The notes beneath the pieces are model-generated. The model had not been told where the DNA came from, searched no databases, and was given only the letters and a program-made list of their open reading frames with translations. Shown here in pieces: positions 27,150 through 40,510 of a DNA stretch of 64,000 nt. Source of the stretch: Octopus sinensis. Its lineage: Eukaryota. Both the position numbers and the translations under genes were made by a program. Location of the stretch: contig NC_043005.1 in assembly GCF_006345805.1 (NCBI RefSeq), positions 46,748,001-46,812,000 on the forward strand, given 5' to 3'. Positions within the stretch are counted from its first letter, which is position 1. Each line of letters starts with the position of its first letter.

Positions 27150-27287
27150 CATACACATATATATATATGTATATATATTATATATATGAATGTATGTATA
27201 TATCAATATATACATATACAATGACACTATATAACACACATTCAAACATTAATATGCAAATATATATGTAGACATATATGTATATAT

Positions 27288-27366
<79 letters not shown>

Positions 27367-29949
27367 TATATATATATATATACATACATACATACATATA
27401 TATACATATATATATATACATATACATATATGTATGTATGTATGTATGTGTATGTATGTATGTATGTATGTATGTATGTATGTATGTATTGTATGTATGT
27501 ATAGCATAACAACTGCATTTTCAATGAATTCTGAAAACGCTCAGTTTAAATTAAGCTCTTTGCCAAATACAGTGTTAACCTCTTTGTATTAATCAAAGGA
27601 GACTATTAGCCGGAATTATTTATTTCCAATAATTTGCATTGTATCTATTCACTCTTGCATTTATATCTACGTAATTCTCCTTATAAAATGCATCTTGTCA
27701 TTAAATTCGGCGGAATTCTTCAATGCCAACATTGTGTCCCCCACTGGAATAGCAAAGATTGAAGCACAACAGGAGATACAAGAACAGGAAGTTATAGTGG
27801 TCCAGTCATTGTGGCATTCCAAGGTGGAAAATGAAGAAGGAAATGAAGAAATAAAGCTTTTATAGATGTATATATTTCAATAAAAATAACTGAGGCGTTG
27901 TCGCATTGAGGGATTTCAGTGTTACATCTCTATACAACATACCCACGCTTTTCTTTGTCACCAATCATGGTATTAAATTAAGATGAATATTTGCATTGAT
28001 TAGGAATTGTATCAAATTTTAGATGAATAGGCCTAGTTTCCAATTAGTGGTTTTATTTTGTTTGCTGACAGAAGCTAGGCAGAGGCATATAAGATCAAAT
28101 GTTCCTCTGTTAAATACCAAACGAAATAAATTTCGTAAGCGCCGATTAAATTTAAATAAATCAAACGAGGGTAGAGTCTTTGATTAAAACTAGATGTTAT
28201 ATCTTTCTACCAATAGTACATATATTATTCAAATGGTTGTGCATATGGTCACATAGCTATACATATTGTCGTATAGACATGCCTATCATCTTACATGCTA
28301 ATTATTGGCCGGTCATGTAACCGTTTAGAGTCTCTCTAACGTTCACATGCACACATACACTCACATCTAATTATCTCATTATGCACTGAGAGGGAGAGAG
28401 GGGGAGATAGAAAGAGAGAAAGAGAGAGACAGAGACAGAAAGAATCTGATCACAATATATAACACAGAAAGACGGTTGAAATTTTGTTAGAGAGTTAAAT
28501 AAGCTTGTTACCCTCATATCTATCGTAAGGACATGAGAAGTGCAGGAAAGCGGTTACGACCAGGAATCGAAACGGACGAGTGAGATGTAATCAAAAATTT
28601 GATTCGACAGTTATCACCATGCACATTAGTACATATCGATATGCAATCGTAGGTATACTTATGTAATATCAATTATATACTACATGCCATCGTATTAAGA
28701 TATAAATGCTTGAAACAGTAAATATGAATGTATAATGTTGTACATTTAACTAGTTGTATTGAATATTTAATATAAATACATTGTCGTATATTTTGCATAT
28801 GGACACACAATCATAATTATAACTGATGTATTTGAAAATATGTACGTTTACATATGAAATCAGGCTATATATTTCACATCCGGAATAAGTACAAATGGAT
28901 GTGACTCAATATGCATATTTATTCATGGTCATCTCCGTGAGGGTATGTTAGCAAATATGGTGATATAAATAGTACACACACACATACGTTCATACTTCCT
29001 TAGTTGTAGAAACACACATATATTCATATATATATGTATGCATGTGTGATGTTGAAGACGACGCACATAGGTTCAGTTAAGTTTAAATTTAAAGACAGAA
29101 GATACAAAACCTATCAATAGTATTAAATGAATTTCTGAAGATCCATAAACGGGGAATAAAAGAAAAATCAATAGAAGCGGATCAATAATTAAAGAAGCTA
29201 GGCGAAATGTCTTGTTGTCGACTAAGGAGTTCTTGTAATTACGTAATAATGATTTCTTACATTTGCATGAAACCAATGTTTTTATAAGGGACAAATTTCT
29301 GCAATACAATCGATTTTCAGGGCTTTATATATTACTGGAAGTTATTTTATGGCTCAGGGAGAGGTAACATAACATAGGAAGCTGACTAGAGTAACTTTGG
29401 AATTGAATTCAGGAGGCAAAGTAATGTTGTTGAATACCTGAAGACATTTGTTCGATCCCAAACTATTCCTGTCGACTAACACCGTATTTGTTTATAGTAA
29501 GATCATATGACTCTAGAATGAAAGTAAAATGTAGATGTATCGATGAATCACCGAGTGTATCGCTGGTCATATGTAAGAATTAGCAATGGAGGATAAAGGT
29601 AATCGCACGATCTGCTAGAATTACATGCCACACCTTATTGCTTTCAAAAAGAACACATTCGATATTCATGTCTGGGATACACTAGTACGAAAAGAAAATA
29701 CAAATACAAACACACACACGCACACACATACGCACACACATACACGCGCGCGCACACACACATACACGCACATACACACACATACAGGGCATAACACTGG
29801 AAGATACGATGGTCGAAAGAATTGACATGGGAGTCTGGGACCCTTGGTGAGTAAAGAATATTAATCTGGCAAACATAGGTAAACAAAGTTAAATTTTAAG
29901 TTCCTAAAGTTTTCGGCTACAATGGACCTCATTCTTTTCTCTTTCATTG

Positions 29950-31230
29950 GTCTTTTTTTCTTTTCTATTCTTCTTGTCTACTTTCTTCTCCGTTGCTTTT
30001 GCCATAAGAGATGTTTCAGGGCCCCATGCGGAGATAGGCATGTCTTTGGTGTCATTGTCTTTTTGTTTTGTTGTTGATATTTCAGAGCTTTCAGTTGCTC
30101 TTGTTTATGGGAATTTAGTGGTTCTTGAGGACGGCGTGTGTTTTATTGCTTTTGTTATTGTTATTTCCATTGTTGATATTGTGTCTGTTGATGCTGTTGT
30201 TGTTGCTGCTCCTGTTGCTGTTACTGCTGCTCCTGCGGATGTTGGACTCAGCGTTACAGTTGCTGTTATTGTTGCTGTTCCACTGAAGTGGCTGTTGCTC
30301 TTCATGGCTGTTGGTGTTTTTGCTGTTGTCAGTAGAAGTGGACTGCTTCTCTCCTCCTTTGCTCTAGATAGAAAGGCTTGAGAAGGTTTGCATCACCACA
30401 CAAGCGACACCTTGGCTTGGTTTCATGCAGAATTTTTATGCTGTTAGGCAGAGTGATTAAGTCCAGGATCACTTCTATATCCTTTAATTCATTTGGACCA
30501 ATAGCTCCATCCTTAGACCTAATAAATATTTTTTCTGCGGGACCTGTATAATTTTAATGTTCACGAAGAAAACTGTCACCTCCAGACTGGAGATGCTTGC
30601 TTCAGGGAGCTTACCAATAATCTGTATCCTTACAAGATTACGACCAACATGTATTGGAAGAGGGCAAGTTCACATTCATTAACGTTATTGCAGAGTGCTT
30701 CCTGGCTTGATCCTCTGTCGGAAATCTTTCCTTTACTGTATTGTATTTTCTTCCCTAGCAATATAAGTTTTGATACCCAAGTTCGGTCTGAGGAACTTTT
30801 CTATTTGCTTCTGTGTTGCTAGGTCTATTTTCGAAGTTATATTTCAATCATAGTATAAGCTTTAGATTTTAGATTGGTTCCTTGTCGGGTGGATCTAGAA
30901 TGTTTAATTCTAAGTTTCGGCCGGATCATGTCAATTTTTTTTAGCAGCTCTTTCTTTAATTCGTGAGACGATAATTTGATTACATCTTCCTGTCGGAGAA
31001 CGTTAGAGAACTCGATAAATTTTGATTTCTTCATTCCGATGACTTGGTTTTTTCTTTGTTTTGTGGTTATTAGTGCTGGTGGTGTTGGTGTTGTATGGTT
31101 GGGGAAGGTTACTTTTTTTCTAGTGCGCTGAATCGATTTCATTTTCCTTTCTTCAATTTGTTGTTGTTGGTGTCGTTTCAATCGGCACTGGTAGTGGGAG
31201 TGGTGGTAGAAGTATTGTTTCATCGTCACT
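29950..31230 (-). pseudogene. Decayed non-LTR retrotransposon ORF1-like remnant
   Basis: Fragmented frames TVKERFPTEDQARKHSAITL / LPIHVGRNLVRIQI / KPRCRLCG (half zinc knuckle), then a T/A/Q-rich tail. Resemblance is from memory of L1/Tx1-type ORF1. Confidence 0.45.
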
Positions 31231-31717
31231 GTTGTTGATGCTGTTGATACTGCTATTGTTGTTCATACATTATCGCTTAACAGGTAATAGTGAGATAGTA
31301 ATAATGTGTTGCCTGTTGGGGTACATATATTAATCGACAGTGCAAACTGTTCTGTATTACTCTTAGATATACATTCTTCAAATTATTCGAATGCATAAAA
31401 TGCCAAACGAAACTGCGAAGACAAATAACATTTAAGGTATTGGTGTATCTCAGGCAACAGAGTTGTCATCGAGTACAGAGAGATAACATTGGTAACACCG
31501 TAGTAAGACGGTGAGAGAGGGTACTATGCTGAGAGAAGCAAAGCTGAGTTAGGAGGTATGAACAGGTAGAAGGATGTGATACTTGAGAAGTTACCAATTA
31601 GCGATGGGGAAAACGTTTAATACTCGATTGAAATTTCGATGTATAAAGATTTACATGGAGTCCTAAATATTGGTTCCCTGCAGTGCAATTTCAGTCGATG
31701 TTACACTACTGGTTTAT

Positions 31718-31755
<38 letters not shown>

Positions 31756-32001
31756 ACACACATACACACACACACACACATACACACACACACACACTCA
31801 CACACACACGTATGTATATGAGTGTGTGTATTTGCTTTTATGTGTGTGGGAGTGTGTCTGTATATATATATATATATATATATACATATATATGCATGTA
31901 TATATATGTATATATGTATATATATGCATGTATATATATGTATATATGTATATATATGCATGTATATATATGTATATATGTATATATATGCATATATATA
32001 T

Positions 32002-32033
<32 letters not shown>

Positions 32034-32044
32034 CATATATATGC

Positions 32045-32092
<48 letters not shown>

Positions 32093-33042
32093 GTCGATGT
32101 AAGAACACTACAAAACCGTGCATAACTTCCTCAGTAAATTTAGTGAATTATAATATATACATCTTTAACAAGAAACAGTTTGAATAGCCTGTCACAAGAA
32201 AACTACATGTAAAATCGAGGTAGGTATTAATACAAAGAAATACACCTACAAAACAAACTAACCCGTGTATAGTGATCTATATATAATACAACATGAGAAA
32301 TATGTTGAGATTTTGAACATTGAAATATTATTGGAATATAATTTATATAATTTATACTAAATGATGCTGTATCGGCAATGTCTTGATTTGAAATCAGACA
32401 ATAACTATCGGCCAATTCATAACTCTGTACGTGATATAATGACCTAAAATGTCTTATTGTTATGATTGAAGAGATAAAAACCTGATTTCGTTAAGATTTC
32501 AGAGATAAGAGTTGACGTGAAATATGAAATAAACAGATCAGTATATAGATTAATAAAACAGCAAGGATTTTGGAAAGCATAACTTGTATATATCTTTGGT
32601 CTTATAGCGTGTTAATGATATGTTTTCCTTCATTTACAATTTCTATTATGATTTTAGCAAAGTTCTGTAAAGACGCCACAGTATTTTAGGAAAATCCGGA
32701 GTAGCTATCAAACAAAAAACAGAAGGAAAACAGGAAAAAAAAAAAAACGGACAGGACAATATATCGCACTGAGACGAAATGGGAAACACTAAAGATTGGC
32801 AAGAAAGTTAAAAAGAAAAATGCTTTGTTGTGTTTTAGGAGGGTCAGTACGTCAAAGATGACAACAAACCAATGCGTGTGTTATATTTGGCATGATGACC
32901 CTCCCAAGACACAAGTCTTGTTTCAACATATGAATTCACTTCAAGATTCTTGCCAACCAAATACAAAAAAGAAAAAAAGTATGATAAAGAAAATCTTTCT
33001 GAAGGCGAACACTGTGATGCTATTTAAAAATCTAATTTCAAA

Positions 33043-33250
33043 TTGTGGCACCAGGCCAGCAAGATTTTGGGGAAGGGTTCAGTTGATTACATCAAACCCA
33101 GTGCTCGCCTACTCATTATTTTTATCGACCCCGAAGAGATGAACGGTAAAGTCGATCTCGGTGGAATTTGAACTCAGAGCGTGAGGACGGACGAAATGCC
33201 GCTAAGCATTTAGCTCGGCGTGTTAACGATTCTGTCAGCTCGTAGCCTTA
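33043..33250 (-). mobile_element. SINE family C, full-length
   Basis: gcaccaggcc tail, ttttatcgaccccgaa core, gaatttgaactcag B-box, acgattctgtcagctc head. Confidence 0.85.
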
Positions 33251-33559
33251 AAAATAGAAGGCTGACCATTGTTCTCGAACAAAGTACAAGGGTTGTACTA
33301 TCTGATTAAAATAATCTCTGATGTTATTTAAAATACTACCAGAAATTAATGATCGACTGAAAGTGAACAGTCAGTGATTTTCTAAAAAAGGAACATGGAG
33401 CAAAATGAATTGATAACTGGAAGTGTGTAGGACTTAAGCGTGGTAGTTGCTGTGTATGTGTGTGGCATATGAGCATGTATGTGCAAAAAAGAATGTAAGA
33501 TGTATGTGTTTGAGAGAGCTTGTCAGTGTGTATAGATGTTTCCACGTTTGTGTGTGTGA

Positions 33560-34310
33560 GTGTTATATGTGTTTAAGTCTTACCGGAGTATGGTGGTGTA
33601 AGAAATAGACTATAGTAAGATAAAGATAAGTATGGACAGGAAAATTTGTTGTGGCGATGATAAGGCCTACAGCCGGTCCGTCAACAGACAATAATCTCCG
33701 AATAGTATATGTTGCAGAAAATAACATTTCAGTTGGTAACAGCCGAGGAAAGGGGAACCGGAAGCGAGTAAGTTTGAGGTGTTCTGAAAACAATAACAGG
33801 GACAGGAACAGGAAAAGGATCCATGTTTGGTGTGAAGTGGAGTAAGAAGGCTATCCATGTAGAAGCTAGTTCTGAAGGTAGGTGAGTGTCGAGGACAGTT
33901 TTGGGAAAAACGAAAGTTGCACTGAATCGTGAGGTGGAGATATCGAGTGGCATAGAAAAAGTGAAGGGTTATTGGTTGTCGGCGTGTACGGAGATTGTGG
34001 GCCGTGTGGGGTCAATAGCAAGTGATAACAGGACGGTGAGTAGTGTCAGAGGTTGAGTTAAGCATGAATTAAAACCAATGCAACTTTAAGATGGGACTGG
34101 ACAACAGCGCCAGAGTCCTGGATACAGAGATGGACAAAGTGATGAGACAACAAGTAGAAGACAGATGACTTGGAATGCAGAAAAAATGGCATTGGGATGG
34201 GAGTTGGTAGGTTATTACAATTTTGGTAGTATTTTAAAGGATGGAGAGGAGTTCTGGAAATATTTAATTGTTATGACATGACATGAAATTACATAGAGAC
34301 ACTATGTACA
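33560..34310 (-). pseudogene. Decayed Penelope-like RT-thumb/GIY-YIG remnant
   Basis: Minus-strand RPVITCY*PH, HGSFSC, NVIFCNI and RTGCRP resemble PLE RVPLVLTYHP, GTFPC, N.IYCI.C and G.TGR.L motifs. Confidence 0.45.
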
Positions 34311-34390
34311 GCTCATATTCTTCATTATATAATTGATGAAACGAATCTTCATAATGGTATTCCTGAAATCGGAAACGATATCATATAAGC

Positions 34391-34778
34391 ATGAGCAGGC
34401 ACGGCTGTGTGGGTAAGGTTTTTTCTTCCTAACCACATGGTCCCGGGTTCAGTCCCACTGCGTGGCACCTTGGGCGAGTATCTTCTACTCTAGCCTCAGG
34501 CCAACCACCAAAGCCTTGTGAGTGTATGTATTTATCTAAGCATGTATGCTTCTGTGTATACATGTGTGTATCTTTGTCTTTGTGTTGGTGCCTGTCCCTT
34601 CACCACTTGACAACCGGCGTTGATTTGTTATGTCTCGTAACTTAGCGGTCCGGCAAAAACACATGATAAAAGTTCCTAGCTTAAAGATATGTACTAGAGT
34701 CGATTCCTTCAACTAAGATTCGTCAAGGCGGTGCCCCAGCATCGATGCAGTCTAATGACGGCAACAAGTAAAAAGATG
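34391..34778 (+). mobile_element. SINE family A with internal deletion
   Basis: Head aaccacatggtcccgggttcagtcccactgcgtggcaccttgggc; tail aaggcggtgccccagcat. Confidence 0.9.
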
Positions 34779-35366
34779 AATGATAGACAATTTAAATTCT
34801 GTTACCTACTTCTTGGATATTTTGATATTTTAGTGACTGATTCAAGTTACAACCGATTAGATTACAGATTTCTGTATAAAATAGATTTCTATGAACTTGT
34901 ACAGTAAATAAAATCAGTCAGAGAATGAACAGACATGCAAAGGAAAGTTAGAAAGCTGTGTGTTTATATGCAACCGAAAATATCTGTCCTGTCTCCATAA
35001 GTTAGTGATAATTATTTCGAAAAGCTCTACTGAAAAATATATTAAGTTAGATAATTTGAAATACTCGTTAGCAATTTATGTATTGACTAGACAGACAAGC
35101 CATATCTCGATTCGTTAAATTCGTCTGAGATGGCTCGAAAACAAATTGGAAATTAATCAGAAAAAGATGAATATCGGATGTACTCATATTAAGAAAATCT
35201 GCATATGTAGATATATGTATGTAATATGTGTGTAAGTGTATGTATGAATACATACATACATACATACATTCATCTACAGAATTATATATGAATATGTATG
35301 ATTATATATGAATATGTATCTGTACGTATGTATCTATGTACGTATGTAAGTATGTATATATGTTTG

Positions 35367-35402
<36 letters not shown>

Positions 35403-35505
35403 GACAGACACACACACATAGTTTACTTTTCCGTTAAGATCAACAAAATGTACTCCATTTACTGAGAGATAAATATCATTTAATGTATACTGTGTGCATT
35501 AAATA

Positions 35506-35555
<50 letters not shown>

Positions 35556-35786
35556 CTCCACATTAATACATATATATATATATATATATGTTTGGGTGTA
35601 CACGCACACACAAACAAACACACATACATACACACAAGCACGAACGCACATATGTTCGAATTTTCCAGAATGAAGGAAATTATGAGAAATTAATACGTAT
35701 ATCGATAAGTATATCGTTGCGAAAGTAAGCTATTTTCTCCTTGAATTTTTTGTTATCAAAAGAACGACTTTCAGGAGCGAAACCTC

Positions 35787-35827
<41 letters not shown>

Positions 35828-35836
35828 GTTTCGCTC

Positions 35837-35894
<58 letters not shown>

Positions 35895-35900
35895 GTATAT

Positions 35901-36322
35901 TGCATATCTGGGCACAGGACGTCACCAACTGTGTAAACAACGTGAAGTACGGAAACAAACGCGTTAAATACTCAAATAACGAAAGGGAAAAATGGAATGC
36001 TCAAAATTAGAAGTAGATAGACAGCCGACAACTGATGAAAGGTCGTTCTCTCTCTTTACTCTTTTACTCTTTTACTTGTTTCAGTCATTTGACTGCGGCC
36101 ATGCTGGAGCACCGCCTTTAGTCGAGCAAATCGACCCCGGGACTTATGTTTTACTTGTTCTGTTTTCTCTCGTTATTTGCGTATTTAAGTCGTTTGTTTT
36201 CGTACTTCATGTTGTTTACACAGTTGGTGACATCCTATACCCATATATGCACATATATAAATATATATATTATCTATATTATTGTTTAATTGAACGCCGC
36301 GCATCCATTTCCACGTAAGTTT
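35901..36322. mobile_element. Fold-back PLE-terminal-repeat-like element
   Basis: Imperfect inverted arms at 35901-35992 and 36163-36251; shares gaatgctc...cagccgacaactgatgaa and ttgaacgcc...gtaagttt with 50520-51170 and 53437-53869. Confidence 0.7.
36053..36146 (-). mobile_element. 5'-truncated SINE A tail inserted in the fold-back element
   Basis: Nearly identical to the 3' end of the young A copies. Confidence 0.9.
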
Positions 36323-36343
36323 ATATATATATATATATGTATA

Positions 36344-36825
36344 TATAAGCGAGAAAGAAGCAACAAGAATGGATAAGTTTTTAGTACAATCGTTTCATAC
36401 AAAGACAGGCTTTATTAAAAGTTGCAAAAATTGCAGCATATAAACGTGTCCCGTACTCATCAGCTAAAATACATGTGAGTTCTCTAGACATCTTAGTGGT
36501 TGAGGCTATACTCATGAAGTAATGTAGATAATTAAGTAACATAAACAGATTTCCAAAGTTCATTAAAGTTCTTTAAAGATGATGCACAGTCTTATCACAG
36601 ATTTTTAAAAAAGTTTTAATAGCATCACAGAGAAGGTGACTTAATCCATAGTGTACATATGAATTTCCAGAGATATGAGGAGGGATTACATACTCACAGA
36701 CGACAAAATTTTATATGCTGCAATTTTATATGCTGCAATTTTTGCAACTTTTAATAAAGCCTGTCTTTGTATGAAACGATTGTACTAAAAACTTATCCAT
36801 TCTTGTTGCTTCTTTCTCGCTTATA
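36344..36825. repeat. Perfect 101-bp inverted repeat with 280-bp spacer
   Basis: 36344-36444 is the exact reverse complement of 36725-36825; short tandem duplication (ttttatatgctgcaa) at the inner right junction. Confidence 0.95.
36379..36469 (-). ncRNA. Type-I hammerhead ribozyme with long stem II
   Basis: UUUUAG-CUGAUGA-GUACGGGACA...UGUCUUUGUAU-GAAA-C(GAUU)G-UA^CUAAAA. Stem I is 6 perfect bp, the core is intact and the cleavage triplet is GUA. Confidence 0.8.
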
Positions 36826-36937
36826 ATCACCCCACATTACTGTATGGTTAAAACCGTATAGTTTTTTGGTGCATCTAAGTTAGGTACCATATTCAAGTAA
36901 ATTCATTAAAATTGACTTGAATCTTTATTGCTTTTTG

Positions 36938-36977
<40 letters not shown>

Positions 36978-37046
36978 CATACATGCATACATACACACAT
37001 ATATATACACATAAATGCATACATACATACATATATGTATATATGT

Positions 37047-37088
<42 letters not shown>

Positions 37089-37218
37089 CTATATGTATAC
37101 ATATATTTATTTCTGTGATGTGTCTCATGTATGCGGGAGTCCTATTTTTTCTATTTGCATATTTGTATATATGCATACACACACACGCACACACACACAC
37201 ACGTTTCAAAATTCAGTG

Positions 37219-37510
37219 CAAGACTACCAGTTTCAGGGGAACTTCAACCTCAGATCTCAGGTGGTATTCATTTTTTTTTATGGACCCCGAAAGGATGAGA
37301 GGCACATTCGACCCAGTAAGCATTTGAACTCAGAACGTAAAGGCGGACGAAATGCCGCCAAGCGTTCTGTCCGGCGTGTTAATGATTCTGTCATCTCACC
37401 TTCTTTATATATGGTAGAAACCACTTGCCCAAGATGCCATGCAGTTGGACTGAACTTGCAACCATGTAATTGTGACGGAAACTTCTCACCGCACAGCTAC
37501 ACCTGCGTCT
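37219..37510 (-). mobile_element. SINE family C copy (37219-37403) plus family A head fragment (37410-37510)
   Basis: ccccgaaaggatgagagg...tttgaactcagaacgtaaag; cacttgcccaagatgccatgcag. Confidence 0.8.
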
Positions 37511-37747
37511 GCATGCAAAATGATAATGCAATATAATTCAGATAACTTAGATATGGTTCGGCCAAAGATTGGACCAGGCCACATCTACTTTATTAGGTCC
37601 ATCATATAGTATCTGCTGTATCATTCTTATGTCAAGTTTTGTGGTATTATGGCCCATTGAAGAAGGTTGTTGATGTCGACTGAGATGTATCCAGGTATAT
37701 AATGCCTGAAAGTGTTACACACCACCACTGTTTTGCATAGTTTACCT

Positions 37748-38032
37748 CAGTGGTTCTCAACCATTTTATACCTGTGGACCTCCTTGATTCTTACTTTACC
37801 CTCCTGGTCTACCATAGCCATTCAATATATTTGAAATAATTCTACCGTATTTTATAATTAAATATTATTAAGAATTGTGTAAAAAATTGAAATATTTTGT
37901 TTATTGTAGAAGCAATTTATTCTACACAAATTTTAACAAAAGAAGGCCCTACACAAATTTTAACAAAAGAAGGGCCCTAAGAAGGTCATACGGACCCCAA
38001 GGGTCGTATGGATCCCCGGTTGAGAACCTATT
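37748..38032. mobile_element. hAT-like MITE
   Basis: Ends cagtggttctcaacc / ggttgagaacc; internal ~27-bp tandem duplication; no clear 8-bp TSD. Confidence 0.65.
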
Positions 38033-38372
38033 TGACTACTGTACTTTGTATAGCCTCACGTTAGAGCCAACGAGTCCGGGAGAAAAATTCTAAGATAAAA
38101 CGTGCCACATAGAAACGTTAAGAGACCACAATTAATACCCATCTTAGCTGGTTCTTATCCATCAGGAGAAGGGAGATGTTTCGGCTCTCCTAAGAGAATA
38201 TCATTAGTTATTTTGCAAAAAGTTAGCAACGCTTAAAAAACAATCTCTTGCAAGTCGCTTACGTACATTGACATATTCAAAGAGATACCTCCAGGCAGTC
38301 GGATAAATAACCCACTACGGTAGTCATGATGTCCAGCGATCGACAGCACCAAATGAACGTGATGATGTGTGT

Positions 38373-38415
<43 letters not shown>

Positions 38416-39839
38416 TATAAATATCTATATTTATAACTAATAATGAACGTACATGCATGCTCCACATGCACCACACGCACATGCGTACATATACATATAT
38501 ATGTATATACAAATATGTATATATATGATATATGTGTGTGCAAGTGTGTTAATGTGTACGCGTGAATGAATTAATAAATATATGTATATATTGATACAGT
38601 AATATATAAATATAGATTTAGATATGTATGTACATATTTATATGTATACATCATATCATATATGTATATATATTCCATCATACAAATATATATATATGCA
38701 TACACACACCTATATGTGTATGTATACATACATGCATACATACATAGGCATACATATAAATACATACATATATATATACATATACATACATACATACATA
38801 CATACATACATACATACATACATAGACATACATATATATATACATATATATATATACATGCATACATACAGAGCCATACATACACACATACACACACGCA
38901 CACACACATATATATACATGTGTATAGAGCACTATGAGACGCCTGTGTTTATGCACGTTTGTGTGTGTGTTTCTGTGTGTATATGTGTGTCTGTGTTTGT
39001 GTGTGCAAGTGTGTGTCAATGCATGTACACACATACACAAACACACACACACACACATATGTACATATACAGATTTATATACATAGGTGCACACCTACAT
39101 ACATATAAGGGGATTATATGTACGTGTCTCCGGTGAATGCAAACTCGGTGGAAAACACACGCTTGAACCCATTTTCTCAAATCGGAATCCAACTTGTTCG
39201 CCAATTCGGAAATTCGTAACAGGAAATACCGTGTGATCATTTAACATTATCTTCTAATTATCTTTTTCCTTTTATCTTTTATCTCATTTTTTTGTTTCTA
39301 CTTTTTTTTTTCTGTGGGCCTTCTTTTCATATTTTGTCATTCTTGCTATTGTTTTTGTTCCTTCCTTCCTTCATTTCTGTCTGTCTGTCTGTCTGTCTCT
39401 CTTTTTTTTTTTTTTTTCTATCGTCGTTTGTTTTCCCTCACCGACACAAATTTCGTTCGGTTTTTGTTTTGTTACATTCCCTTCTTCGATCCGCTGCAAT
39501 CAGCTGCAGACGTTACATACACCGCTGCTGCGAATCTTGGCATATCAGAGCATCCTGACGGAAAGTCTTCTAGGGGGCTTTTAGAACACACAAATCCGGA
39601 TCAATCTCAATTAATGGCTCAGGGTTCATTTAACATATTTGTCCGGTGTCAATTAGACAACGTAAGAGGGAAATTCTATTAAAACGGCCTGCTGACACAA
39701 CGAACTCGGCTTTGCTCTCGCCGGCTTTTAAATTACTATAATTCTCGACGTAGTCGACTCAACCCCCATTCAGCTAGACTGAACAAGAAAGAACCAGTCA
39801 CCACACACTTTACATATCCAGCTGCCTGCCAGGAGAAAA

Positions 39840-40167
39840 TGTTTATGACGTTTCATCATCGTCATCGTCATCGCCGTAGTCGTCGTAGTCGTAGCTGCCA
39901 TCTTTGTCGTCGTCGTCGTCATAGAGCTCGTTATCCTCAACATAGTTATCCTCCTCATTCTACTCTCTTTCCTCTTTAGCATCATCATGATCAACATCAT
40001 CATCATCATCATCATCATCATCACGATCATCGTCAACCCCTCCTCTTCCTCAACCACATCATCATCATCATCATCATCGTTGCCATTGTTATTGTCGTCG
40101 TCTTCGCGATGATCATGATAATTGTCATCATCATAGTCATCGTTGTCGTCGTCGTCGTCATCATCAC

Positions 40168-40210
<43 letters not shown>

Positions 40211-40447
40211 TTCACCATTATCATCGTCGTCGTTTTCACCATTATTATTGTCATAGTCATCATCGTCATCGTCATCACCATCAGCATTATCTTCGTCATT
40301 AATAATGTCGTCGCCGTCGTCATCTTCATCATCATCATGATCATCATCGTCCTCCTTACAATCATTATCATCGCCCCCTTACAATCATCAACATCATCAC
40401 CACCACTACCACGACCAAAAACTACCACCACCACAACCACTACCATT

Positions 40448-40492
<45 letters not shown>

Positions 40493-40510
40493 GTCATCAT
40501 CAACATCATC
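39840..40510. repeat. (CAT/CGT)n compound microsatellite
   Basis: Seen directly. Confidence 0.95.
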
